Shown piece after piece: positions 16,901 to 24,021 of a DNA stretch of 32,000 bases. The position numbers were made by a program, and so were the translations under genes. The notes beneath the pieces were generated by a model that was given only the letters and a program-made list of their open reading frames with translations, ran no database searches and was not told the origin of the DNA. The stretch is from positions 30,001 through 62,000 of the forward strand of contig CALSTM010000001.1 of the NCBI GenBank assembly GCA_943789275.1, written 5' to 3'. Numbering within the stretch: the first letter of the stretch is position 1; each line of letters starts with the position of its first letter. The DNA is from Candidatus Poseidoniaceae archaeon. Its GTDB lineage: Archaea > Thermoplasmatota > Poseidoniia > Poseidoniales > Poseidoniaceae.

Positions 16901-17585
16901 TGCTGTTGGTGTCGGTTGTCGGGACTGGAAACGGGGTGATGTAATCGCTTGACCCAGACCAAGCAGTGGATGCAGTTGTTGTTGTCGTCCATTGCTCATC
17001 GACTCGAAGAGGGAAGTCATACACTTCGTTTACCGGGCTGTATGTGTTTGTGATGGTGATGTCACCAAGAATTTGCGCAAGGCTCGAGAGACCAAACGGG
17101 ACGAATCGAATATACAGTTCCAAGTCGCTCCGCATTGAGGACAAGTCACTGACCCTCAGATACTCTGTTTGTTCAAATGTGATGTAGACGTTACCGCTGT
17201 ATCCGTCAAGTGAGACGCCAGATTTGTCAAAGTTGGCTGAAGTTCGTAAGGTGTAGGCAAGCACAGACATGTTGTCAACAGTCCGTTCGGTAATAGCCAT
17301 CACTTCGGCCGTCGTATCGCCGTTAATTTCCCCAACGGTCGCTTGGACACCCGAATCGGTAACGAGTTTGGTTGGGTCAAAAGTACCTGCGTAGATCCAT
17401 TTGTCGCCAACTTTCCATGTGGGTACATCACTCACACCGGGGTTTTCTGAAGAAAACTGTGGCGAATATTTCTCATCCAACAAAGGTTGGTTGAGTATCG
17501 GTTGCGTGGTGGCCAAACACAGCAACGCTACGAGCATCAATGGAGATGCAAAGCGGAGCGACGGTGTGCCCATGTTGGGCCACAT
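13992..17585 (-). CDS. Giant CARDB/PKD-repeat surface protein, paralog 2 (intact)
   Basis: Signal peptide: M(WPNM)GTPSLRFASPLMLVALLCLATTQP. An N-terminal domain of about 330 aa is shared with paralog 1. A CARDB-like segment follows (LLIEVAVQNRGITASTPATMTI...NSTNDQALISMFVGRLP). PKD-type modules: VEITVTDEEKDE, FTAVATDDDYAIT, IRLEVRDSDGEAS and IIYHVTDDDGAQTS. A TM helix (LGLLVSALLILALMT) with RRRKRK is followed by a tail ending GIPEGWTAEQWSHYGQQYLDAQASHP. The track ORF start at 17699 overlaps tbp; ATG 17585 or 17573 is more likely. Confidence 0.85.
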   Translation of the reverse strand: MWPNMGTPSLRFASPLMLVALLCLATTQPILNQPLLDEKYSPQFSSENPGVSDVPTWKVGDKWIYAGTFDPTKLVTDSGVQATVGEINGDTTAEVMAITERTVDNMSVLAYTLRTSANFDKSGVSLDGYSGNVYITFEQTEYLRVSDLSSMRSDLELYIRFVPFGLSSLAQILGDITITNTYSPVNEVYDFPLRVDEQWTTTTTASTAWSGSSDYITPFPVPTTDTNSTTWEVTNTGKPRNSYGLTIGYGGCNASYELTSVNSDGEQSGYRWFCPEARNFAWLHTEDDIGLVIDFRLKQYIPLDSTGLDQYTNPGVRDECLSVDLESQITALNTPLGVWVNASSSCFSTTNGIPLEIHHEATGNVQLATTESNGSAFVIIDVGEEKDASNSVLDWASHGIVARIQPSASSSFGTSVGSTTVTLDEYLIGLDLIASEDYGKVLRNRSGELTELNSLSGWNILPNDELLIEVAVQNRGITASTPATMTITHPDGLTSSHPLPSLASYEAHKVNFTWTVPSDQAIGTVPVSWQADPEGINTADANSTNDQALISMFVGRLPTPVFTDSNAMTLEPLLLSANESFDEDGGTVSCEFKIPYDDGTRNWAWETVPSQSCAVSWTWMDDGNYPVEITVTDEEKDEQTAIMNVLIANRNPEIQILSSRTEVKVEHPITLYAFANDSDSEDVWPGAVDVHWPDTLCNEGYYTRVCTTTAPTEGLHTFTAVATDDDYAITPATIDIQFTNIAPHGASIALQKNNQFLESDEQQIWHLDEDEVIVVKGQALDSIDDLETLTHTWWPDGEQPSLMYSFNGRTSTFPMHWDTAGLHTIRLEVRDSDGEASRIEERWINIRNVPPVVQPLVSLLPIAEGQSVTIEGNSTDTESDIGSLVKCWDIDPGIDSDDIGGADDDCDIAGDVLTYAWNRSGSHTIIYHVTDDDGAQTSEVLVIEVLNMPPIVRLQNTECVAYRECYLSAEQTIDSPNDLDGLTIVWDLDITVDSNGDGMKDNDADLVGSSVTHIFRDSGTVRIKAMAWDENPERPGQSTMSIDVTPPERTSIEQVSAAFIGEDANPLAQLGLLVSALLILALMTRRRKRKASGDPWQNTDMEGVDPAEREFETQALLDQVQSRRPSTPPSNQMFSSEGKDVQIPASTPTLPEVEVQTPAPLIEQGPPIPEDGIPEGWTAEQWSHYGQQYLDAQASHP

Positions 17586-17628
17586 TCGCAATAGGACATC
17601 AAGACTTCTCTTGACCTGTTTGAGAATC

Positions 17629-18243
17629 TCAGAGAAGGTCAGCCAATTCGTCCTTGATAATTTCGACTGCTTCAAGGATTTCATCCTTGTGACGTGCACC
17701 GGTAATCACCATCTTTCCGCTGCCGAAAATCAAGCAAACGACCTTTGGATAGTCGAGTCGGTAAATCAAACCTGGGAATTGCTCTGGTTCGTATTCGACC
17801 TTGTCAAAGGGCAAGTGGAATGTAAGGTTGTTGAGGTTGAGTTTCCGAGGAACTCCAGCAAGAGGTTCGTTGGTGAACTTGTCGTTTCCGTCGTAGTCTT
17901 CAGGATAGTGAAGTGCATAGGTAGCAACCATGTTTTGAACTTCGATTTCAACTTGGTCCAAGTCCCAAGTCTCGATTCCAGCGTCACGAAGGTCTGCAAT
18001 CATTCTTTCGATTCCAGTTTCGATGTTTGCTTCGTCTTTTCCACCTGTGCAGACTGCACGGCCAGAGCGGAACATGAGGATAGCAAGTTTTGGATCGGTT
18101 ACACGGTAAACGACACCTGGGAATTGCTCAGGTTCGTATTCGCAGTTGAGCTGGATTGCAATATCCGGCAAATCGAGTTCTTCGGCGACACGGGTGCTCG
18201 CTACAACATTCACTACAGTTAGACGTTCTTCATCGGTTGTCAT
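17629..18243 (-). CDS. tbp: TATA-box-binding protein (archaeal TBP), with an insertion in repeat 2
   Basis: Two TBP repeats are present. Repeat 1: NVVASTRVAEELDLPDIAIQLNCEYEPEQFPGVVYRV...ILMFRSGRAVCTG. Repeat 2: NMVATYAL...KVEYEPEQFPGLIYRL...CLIFGSGKMVITGA. Confidence 0.95.
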   Translation of the reverse strand: MTTDEERLTVVNVVASTRVAEELDLPDIAIQLNCEYEPEQFPGVVYRVTDPKLAILMFRSGRAVCTGGKDEANIETGIERMIADLRDAGIETWDLDQVEIEVQNMVATYALHYPEDYDGNDKFTNEPLAGVPRKLNLNNLTFHLPFDKVEYEPEQFPGLIYRLDYPKVVCLIFGSGKMVITGARHKDEILEAVEIIKDELADLL

Positions 18244-18252
18244 AATAGGCCC

Positions 18253-18276
18253 ATATATAACGACTATATAAAAAGA
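18253..18276 (-). promoter_or_regulatory. Archaeal TATA-box promoter of tbp (probably a leaderless mRNA)
   Basis: The minus strand reads cTTTTTATATAg (18274-18265), centred about 27 nt upstream of the tbp ATG at 18243. This is the spacing expected if transcription starts at or near the ATG. A second AT-rich box, TTATATAT, lies at 18260-18253. Confidence 0.5.
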
Positions 18277-18289
18277 AGGCAGGCGCCTT
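18270..18289 (-). terminator. Possible mvk terminator: short hairpin followed by a T5 run
   Basis: The minus strand reads AAGGC-gcct-GCCTT (5-bp stem, 18289-18276), then CTTTTT (18275-18270). It lies about 40 nt downstream of the mvk stop. Oligo-T tracts are known archaeal termination signals, but this T-run also forms part of the tbp TATA box. Confidence 0.3.
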
Positions 18290-18329
18290 ACGAACTTTCA
18301 TGTTGGTGGAAGGGGTACTGCGTAGCCTT

Positions 18330-19511
18330 TTACTGTGCTGTGTCCCATAGAGGCATATTTTCGCAAACATCGATGGTTAAGCCAGCGTTGCCAAACCTCG
18401 AAATGAGCGTCCTCCCTCCGGCCAGTTCGATTGCTTCACTGGTTTGTTTTGGATGCCGTGTGAGCGCGACCATGCACCCCCCTCCTCCTGCGCCGGTCAG
18501 TTTTGCTCCCAAAGAAGTCGGCGCTGCTGCTCGAATAAGTGTTTCAAGTTCCGGACAGGAAACGCCGAGTCCTTGAAGCATGATTTGATTTTCCGACATT
18601 GCTCTTCCCACTGCCTCAAAATCTCCATCCTTGAGGGACTGGATTCCGCGACGGGCAATCATTCCAATGGTTTGAATTTCTTTGATTCTCCCAGGCTTCG
18701 CTTCGATGGCAGCTGCCACTTTAGCGACTTGATTTGACGTCGGGGCATAAACGCCGGTGTTTCCAATAACCAAGTAGAGTCCCTCTGTAGAATGAGGCAA
18801 ATTGACGGAGTGAAGATGCCACGTCCGTTCACCATCCTCCATCGTCAGTTGACGAGTGTACAGGTAATCCACATCTGATTCGATGGCATCACTCAGCAGC
18901 ACAGCCCCGCCATGGGAGCATGTGGATGCATCCATGGGCGAAGCCCGGCCACCTTGAGCAACTGCCTCAACAGCGTGCCCGAGTAACGCAGATTCATCGA
19001 GCGATGCGACCTCTTTGCCGACAACATAGTGCGACATTGGTGAACCGGTTTGCCGCGCAGATATTTCACGGTTTTCTGCAGTGTATACATCGTTCTGTTC
19101 CAGTGTACTGGCATATCCTTCTGCCCATGTTTGTGGATTTTGTAAATCGTCCGTTGATGTGTACCATCGTCCGCGAGCACAACGTAAAGCAGCGCTTGCA
19201 GCAACAGAAAGAGCGGCTGATGAACCAAGTCCTGAGGCAGGCGGAATATCTCCAGTCACTTGGATTGTCAGGCCGGGTGCATTCTGCGATGTCTGCCACA
19301 GCCGATTACGAAGTGCTTGGACGTGTGGGTGTTTTTTCGCATCAAAATGCATGCCACCAATTTTCCAAGGTGTTTCGCCGGCTTTGACCGATTCCAGCGT
19401 CACGGAAATGCGTTGCTCAATCGCCACAGCCACCGCCGGTTCGCCGTAGACAACTGCGTGTTCACCGAACAGGATACACTTGCCCGGTGCGCTTGCTGTA
19501 ACTCGGCCCAT
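18330..19511 (-). CDS. mvk: Mevalonate kinase (GHMP kinase family)
   Basis: Motif I is GKCILFGEHAVVYGEPAVAVAI, motif II is PPASGLGSSAALSVA and motif III is KLTGAGGGGCMVAL. The 393-aa length reflects an extra segment between motif II and the EAVAQGGRASPMD region. Confidence 0.9.
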   Translation of the reverse strand: MGRVTASAPGKCILFGEHAVVYGEPAVAVAIEQRISVTLESVKAGETPWKIGGMHFDAKKHPHVQALRNRLWQTSQNAPGLTIQVTGDIPPASGLGSSAALSVAASAALRCARGRWYTSTDDLQNPQTWAEGYASTLEQNDVYTAENREISARQTGSPMSHYVVGKEVASLDESALLGHAVEAVAQGGRASPMDASTCSHGGAVLLSDAIESDVDYLYTRQLTMEDGERTWHLHSVNLPHSTEGLYLVIGNTGVYAPTSNQVAKVAAAIEAKPGRIKEIQTIGMIARRGIQSLKDGDFEAVGRAMSENQIMLQGLGVSCPELETLIRAAAPTSLGAKLTGAGGGGCMVALTRHPKQTSEAIELAGGRTLISRFGNAGLTIDVCENMPLWDTAQ

Positions 19512-19655
19512 GCTGTCCCCTTCAGACTCACGAGGGTCCTTCGCTTCATATCCCTTGTTCTTTATTCACCGTCGATGAACAAGAATTGTCGGTGCATTGA
19601 AGGGATGAACGCGTCTGCCATTCTTTAGGGGAATCCTCCCTTGAGGTGAGTTGCT

Positions 19656-21695
19656 ATGGAACATCCGTTAACAATGAGTTATGGCCCAGTCTCTGGATGG
19701 ATTCTTCTTTTGCTTCTTGGGGGCATTTCTGGAGGCTTCTTCCTGTATCAAGTCGTCAAGGCTTCACGTTTGGTCCTCAAAGGGGCGCCGGATAATCGCT
19801 TTGACAACTGGGGGGCTCGAATTTTGGAAGTCCTCACTGGATGGCTTGGACAAAAGAAAGTCTTGAAAGACCGAGTTGCTGGAGGCATTCACGTCTTGAT
19901 GTTCTGGGGTTTCCTCATGCTTTCAACGGACATGTTTGACCTGGCTACAGCGAATTGGTTCTCTCACAATGTTCTTCCAGATCTTGTTCGAGGCCCTTGG
20001 AACCTTATTGTTGAAACAGGATACACGATTGCTCTTGTTGGTTGTGTGGCAGCATTGACTCGTCGTGTTGCATTCACTCCGGAGAAACTCAAAGGAAAGT
20101 CGCAACTTGAAGGCAACGCCATCCTGTTGCTCATCATGACCATAACGGTCACTTCTTTCTTTGTTGAAGCCGGCGAATCAACGGTCTCCTCGACCTGGGA
20201 ACCAATCGGTTACTGGGTTGCTTCTACCATCGTACCAACGACGTCCCTTGTCGTTGGTGCTTACTGGATGCACATGCTTGCCATCTCGACGTTCTTGTTT
20301 TTGATTCCTCTTTCAAAGCACATGCACCTGGTCATGGCGTTTCCGAATGTGTTCTTCCACGACATGCGGCCAATGGGTACAATGGAGCCGCTGGCTCGAG
20401 GTGAAGATGGCAAGGCAGTTTCGCTTGAAGAACTCGATATCGAATCCTTTGGTACGGTCAACTACACCGACTTGACATGGCGTAATCTCATCGACGGCTG
20501 GGCATGTACATCGTGTGCTCGTTGCCAAGATGTATGTCCTGCTTATGCGTCTGGAAAAGCGCTTAATCCAATGCAAATCATTCACGATGTCCGTCACTAT
20601 GCCAACGACAATTCAACAGCACTTCTTGCAGGTGAAACTCCAGAGCAGGACATTATTGCCCGGTTCGGTGAAGACGCCATTTGGGCGTGCACCACCTGTC
20701 ACGCATGCGTTGAAGCCTGTCCAATTTACATTGACCACGTTCCGAAATTGACCGATGCTCGTCGCCACCTGATGATGGAGCGAATGGAGTTTGACGAATC
20801 CGTAGAGGATACCGTCATGCCGCTCATGGCTACCATCGAAAACTTGGAGTCCGACTCGAACCCCTACGGTCTGCCTGCTCACGAGCGCGGCGATTGGGCT
20901 GCTGATTTAGACGTCAAGGTTGCAGAACCGGCTGAATACATCTACTTTGCAGGATGCGCTGCTTCGTTCGACGAGCGCAACAAAAAGGTGGCAAGAGATA
21001 CCATCAGCATCATGAAAGAAGCAGGATTGGATGTCGGTATTCTCGGTATGCAAGAAGGATGCAGCGGTGATGCCGCTCGACGTGCTGGTAACGAATACCT
21101 CTTCCAAATGCTGGCTGAAACCAATCTCGAAACATTTGAAGAAATCGGTGTCAAAAAGATTGTTGCCTCGTGCCCGCACTGTTTCCACACCCTTGGAAAG
21201 GAATACAAGGACTACGGCGGAGAAGACATTGAAGTCATGCACCACTCGCAACTCATCAACCACTTGCAAATTGAAGGGAAGTTACCTCAACCGAAACACG
21301 ATGGCTCAGTAACCTATCACGATCCGTGCTATCTCGGTCGTATCGGTGGCGAATTGGATGCACCTCGAGATGCCATTGGTGGCGTGGCAGTTGAAGCTGA
21401 ACGGCACGGTAAGGATTCGTTCTGTTGCGGTGCTGGTGGCGCACAAATGTGGATGGAAGAACATGTTGATGACGACCATGACCGTGTCAACATCATTCGC
21501 TCCAAGGAACTGGCAAAGACCGGTGCCGAAACCGTTGCAGTTGGATGTCCATTCTGTTCGACCATGGTCACAGACGGACTCAGCGCTATTGGCTCGGAGA
21601 TGGAAGTCAAAGATATCGCAGAGATTGTCTGGGAGCAAATCAAGGCCAACGATGCTGCAATCGAAGCGAAAAAGGCAGAAACTGTTGAGGCTTGA
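19656..21695 (+). CDS. Membrane-bound Fe-S oxidoreductase: NarI/HdrE-like multi-TM domain fused to an HdrD/DsrK/GlpC-type module (2x[4Fe-4S] plus CCG domains)
   Basis: The N-terminal half has about 5-6 hydrophobic helices with conserved His residues (GGIHVLMFWGF, WMHMLAISTF...SKHMH). Two ferredoxin motifs follow: CTSCARCQDVCP and CTTCHACVEACP. There are two CCG-type domains: C...EGCSGD...CPHC, then C...FCCGAGG...CPFC. GAGGTGA sits 6 nt upstream of the ATG. Confidence 0.85.
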   Translation: MEHPLTMSYGPVSGWILLLLLGGISGGFFLYQVVKASRLVLKGAPDNRFDNWGARILEVLTGWLGQKKVLKDRVAGGIHVLMFWGFLMLSTDMFDLATANWFSHNVLPDLVRGPWNLIVETGYTIALVGCVAALTRRVAFTPEKLKGKSQLEGNAILLLIMTITVTSFFVEAGESTVSSTWEPIGYWVASTIVPTTSLVVGAYWMHMLAISTFLFLIPLSKHMHLVMAFPNVFFHDMRPMGTMEPLARGEDGKAVSLEELDIESFGTVNYTDLTWRNLIDGWACTSCARCQDVCPAYASGKALNPMQIIHDVRHYANDNSTALLAGETPEQDIIARFGEDAIWACTTCHACVEACPIYIDHVPKLTDARRHLMMERMEFDESVEDTVMPLMATIENLESDSNPYGLPAHERGDWAADLDVKVAEPAEYIYFAGCAASFDERNKKVARDTISIMKEAGLDVGILGMQEGCSGDAARRAGNEYLFQMLAETNLETFEEIGVKKIVASCPHCFHTLGKEYKDYGGEDIEVMHHSQLINHLQIEGKLPQPKHDGSVTYHDPCYLGRIGGELDAPRDAIGGVAVEAERHGKDSFCCGAGGAQMWMEEHVDDDHDRVNIIRSKELAKTGAETVAVGCPFCSTMVTDGLSAIGSEMEVKDIAEIVWEQIKANDAAIEAKKAETVEA

Positions 21696-21715
21696 GCAAC
21701 CGTTGAGGTGGCACC

Positions 21716-22669
21716 GTGAGTGAGCACCTGTCACCCAGCGCTCTTCTTGCTTGGTATGCTGAATCGAAGAGAGACTTGCCGTGGCGTCACACCGATGATG
21801 CGTGGAAAATTCTTCTCTCAGAAATCCTCCTGCAGCAAACTCAGGTGAGCAGGGGAATACATTACTGGCAGAAACTTGTGAAACGGTTCCCAACACCTCA
21901 ATCAATGGCGGATGCAGAAGTTGACGAAGTCCTGCATCTTTGGCAGGGAGCAGGTTACTACAGTCGAGCTCGTCGATTGCATGCCCTTTCTGTTCAGGTG
22001 TGTTTGCCGACCATCGAGGGTGGGTTCAACGGTAATCTTCCGCTGACTGCGCCTGCATTACTCACCCTGCCAGGAATTGGACCTTACACCGCTGCAGCGG
22101 TCGCCAGTATTGCTTATGGAGAGCCCGTTGCGTGCGTTGATGGGAACATCCGAAGGGTCATGGCTCGTCAGTCAAAACGCCTTGACCCCTCTGTGAAAGA
22201 AGTAGAAACTTGGGCGAATGCAGTCCTCTATCACGACGATGCAGGTGATTGGAATCAAGCCCTGATGGAACTTGGGGCAACCGTTTGCACGCCAAAGCGC
22301 CCGTTATGTGGGCAATGTCCAGTTGCTTCCACATGCGCAGGAAAAAGCACGCCTCTTCTCTATCCACAACCAAAGAAAGTCAAACGAAAGCGACTTGACC
22401 TCAAATGCACGCTTCGCTTTGACACCAATGGATTGCCCGAATTGGTGCAGCGAGGCAACGATGGTCTTCTTGCAGGAATGTGGGGTCCACCAATGGGCGA
22501 TGGCATTGACGTTACCGGTTTGGAATACCTCGGAGTTGTTGAGCACACGCTTTCGCATCGTGACATTTTTGTTGAAGTGTGGCATGGTTCATGTCACCGA
22601 GGTACAGAACCATCGACCGTGGCACTTTCCTCACTTGACCGAAAAATTTTGGCTTTAGGAGGGATATAA
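21716..22669 (+). CDS. mutY: A/G-specific adenine DNA glycosylase (MutY family)
   Basis: HhH-GPD motifs are present: LLSEILLQQTQV and LPGIGPYTAAAVASIAYG. The 4Fe-4S loop is CTPKRPLCGQCPVASTC. A C-terminal NUDIX-like domain contains HTLSHRDI. The GTG start has GAGGTGG 6 nt upstream. Confidence 0.9.
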   Translation: MSEHLSPSALLAWYAESKRDLPWRHTDDAWKILLSEILLQQTQVSRGIHYWQKLVKRFPTPQSMADAEVDEVLHLWQGAGYYSRARRLHALSVQVCLPTIEGGFNGNLPLTAPALLTLPGIGPYTAAAVASIAYGEPVACVDGNIRRVMARQSKRLDPSVKEVETWANAVLYHDDAGDWNQALMELGATVCTPKRPLCGQCPVASTCAGKSTPLLYPQPKKVKRKRLDLKCTLRFDTNGLPELVQRGNDGLLAGMWGPPMGDGIDVTGLEYLGVVEHTLSHRDIFVEVWHGSCHRGTEPSTVALSSLDRKILALGGI

Positions 22670-23326
22670 CTGCACATTCTTATTGTTGACCTGCTCGCTG
22701 AACGCCAAGGCTTTGGCCGCGTGGGTGTGGAAGAAATAATCTCGTACTTCGACCAACCGCGTGTTTCTTTGTGGTCGCCGCATACTTCTCAGCGCGTTGA
22801 TTACGGGTTTGGAACTGTTGTCGATTCACCTGTTGAGGCCGACCTCATCGTCATTACCGGTTCGAAGCATAATGTTTCGATGTGGGAAGCGTGGATGGAT
22901 GAGGTCGCACACCTGATTCAAGAGAACCAATCGCCGATGATTGGGATTTGCTTCGGCCACCAGATCATCGCAGCATCACTTGGAGGAAAGGTCATTCGAG
23001 CAGAACACCCCTCTTCATTTGTGGGTGATATTCAGTATACGGGCGGGCAAACAGTAAGGGCACTTTTCACCCACCAAGATCACGTGATTGATGCAGGTGA
23101 AATGGAAGTAATCGGTTCAGCAGAACACTGCCCTATTGCCGTCTGCCGTCATCCGACTCGGCCAATTCTTTCCGTTCAATACCATCCTGAAGCAGTCGCT
23201 GACGTACTGGATGAGGCGCTTCGTGTTGGAGAAATGACTCCATCAGAGCGCCAACAATACGATTTGGAGGGTACACTCATCAATACTGAAGATGCTTTGT
23301 TGAGGCCGATTGGGATCTTCGACTAA
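22670..23326 (+). CDS. Class-I glutamine amidotransferase-like protein (GuaA1/COG0518-type)
   Basis: IGICFGHQIIAASLGG carries the nucleophile Cys, and SVQYHPE supplies the His-Glu of the triad. The first canonical start is GTG 22721. However, the 17 codons upstream (LHILIVDLLAERQGFGR) look like the conserved first beta-strand, and a strong AGGAGGG lies 7 nt before codon 22670 (CTG). The true start is therefore uncertain within 22670-22721. Confidence 0.8.
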   Translation: MHILIVDLLAERQGFGRVGVEEIISYFDQPRVSLWSPHTSQRVDYGFGTVVDSPVEADLIVITGSKHNVSMWEAWMDEVAHLIQENQSPMIGICFGHQIIAASLGGKVIRAEHPSSFVGDIQYTGGQTVRALFTHQDHVIDAGEMEVIGSAEHCPIAVCRHPTRPILSVQYHPEAVADVLDEALRVGEMTPSERQQYDLEGTLINTEDALLRPIGIFD

Positions 23327-24021
23327 TCCTTTTGATAGTCTCTTCCAATCGAAGCGAGTGTCACCATCAATCCAGCGATGAGAAGGTATTCCGCCGGCGC
23401 TGCAATATTGATGGCAGGCTGAATCTGATTGAGTATGTCCACATGAGCATCTTGCATGCTCAATTCATCTCTCTTCCAAAAAACATACACGCCAAGTGAG
23501 ACGTTCATCAAGACGATTCCGAGGGCCGTCATCCATAATCCCATTGAGCGTAGTTTTGATCCGTAAGGCGTACTGTTTGAGTAGAGTTTGTGCATTGATG
23601 CCCCCCATACAAACCCTCCAACGAAGACCAAAAGCGACGCAATGCTGTGAATCAAAAGCATGTCATATATGTTCGCAAAAGCAAGAACGGATAGGGACAT
23701 TCCTGCGAGTATTCCTGAATAGAGGGAGATCTGTATCCATTTCGAATCCCGCTCTTGAACCGCCAAGTTGAGGCGATAGGCAAGTATGCAAACCAACACA
23801 CCGGTGATCGCTAATCCGGTGGTGAACACCGTTCCCTCAAGGCCAGGATAATCGGATTCCGATACGAAAAAAGGGATTGCTCTTGCATGGCCGCTCAAAG
23901 CATGAATGGACATGGAAGTCACAACCGTCATCATAGGCAACAACCATCCGAGTCGAATGAGTAAGGCATCTGAAACCTCAGTTCCAGCAATTTTAATCCC
24001 GTTTTTCGTATTCCAACTCAC
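23323..24021 (-). CDS. Hypothetical multi-pass integral membrane protein
   Basis: There are about 6-7 hydrophobic helices, for example LLIRLGWLLPMMTVVTSMSI, VFTTGLAITGVLVCILAY, LLIHSIASLLVFVGGFVWGA and LWMTALGIVLMNVSLGVYVF. I cannot assign a family with confidence. The track start at ATG 24054 overlaps the upstream SDR gene by 37 nt. GTG 24021 forms a GTGA start/stop overlap with that gene and has GGAGGAG about 10 nt upstream, so it is preferred. Confidence 0.6.
   Translation of the reverse strand: MSWNTKNGIKIAGTEVSDALLIRLGWLLPMMTVVTSMSIHALSGHARAIPFFVSESDYPGLEGTVFTTGLAITGVLVCILAYRLNLAVQERDSKWIQISLYSGILAGMSLSVLAFANIYDMLLIHSIASLLVFVGGFVWGASMHKLYSNSTPYGSKLRSMGLWMTALGIVLMNVSLGVYVFWKRDELSMQDAHVDILNQIQPAINIAAPAEYLLIAGLMVTLASIGRDYQKD

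Noticed and set aside
19554-19583. Inverted repeat CTTGTTC-N16-GAACAAG with an internal TTTATT in the mvk/Fe-S oxidoreductase divergent intergenic region
   Set aside because: It could be a transcription-factor site or promoter element. However, the arms are only 7 bp, the AT-rich core is weak and it is poorly positioned: about 50 nt from the mvk ATG and about 90 nt from the ATG at 19656. I cannot support a specific call.
21306-21905. 199-aa and 132-aa minus-strand ORFs plus a 125-aa plus-strand alternative frame over the 3' end of the Fe-S oxidoreductase gene
   Set aside because: The CCG and CPFC motifs define the true frame. The alternatives are shadow ORFs without features and would overlap the mutY start.
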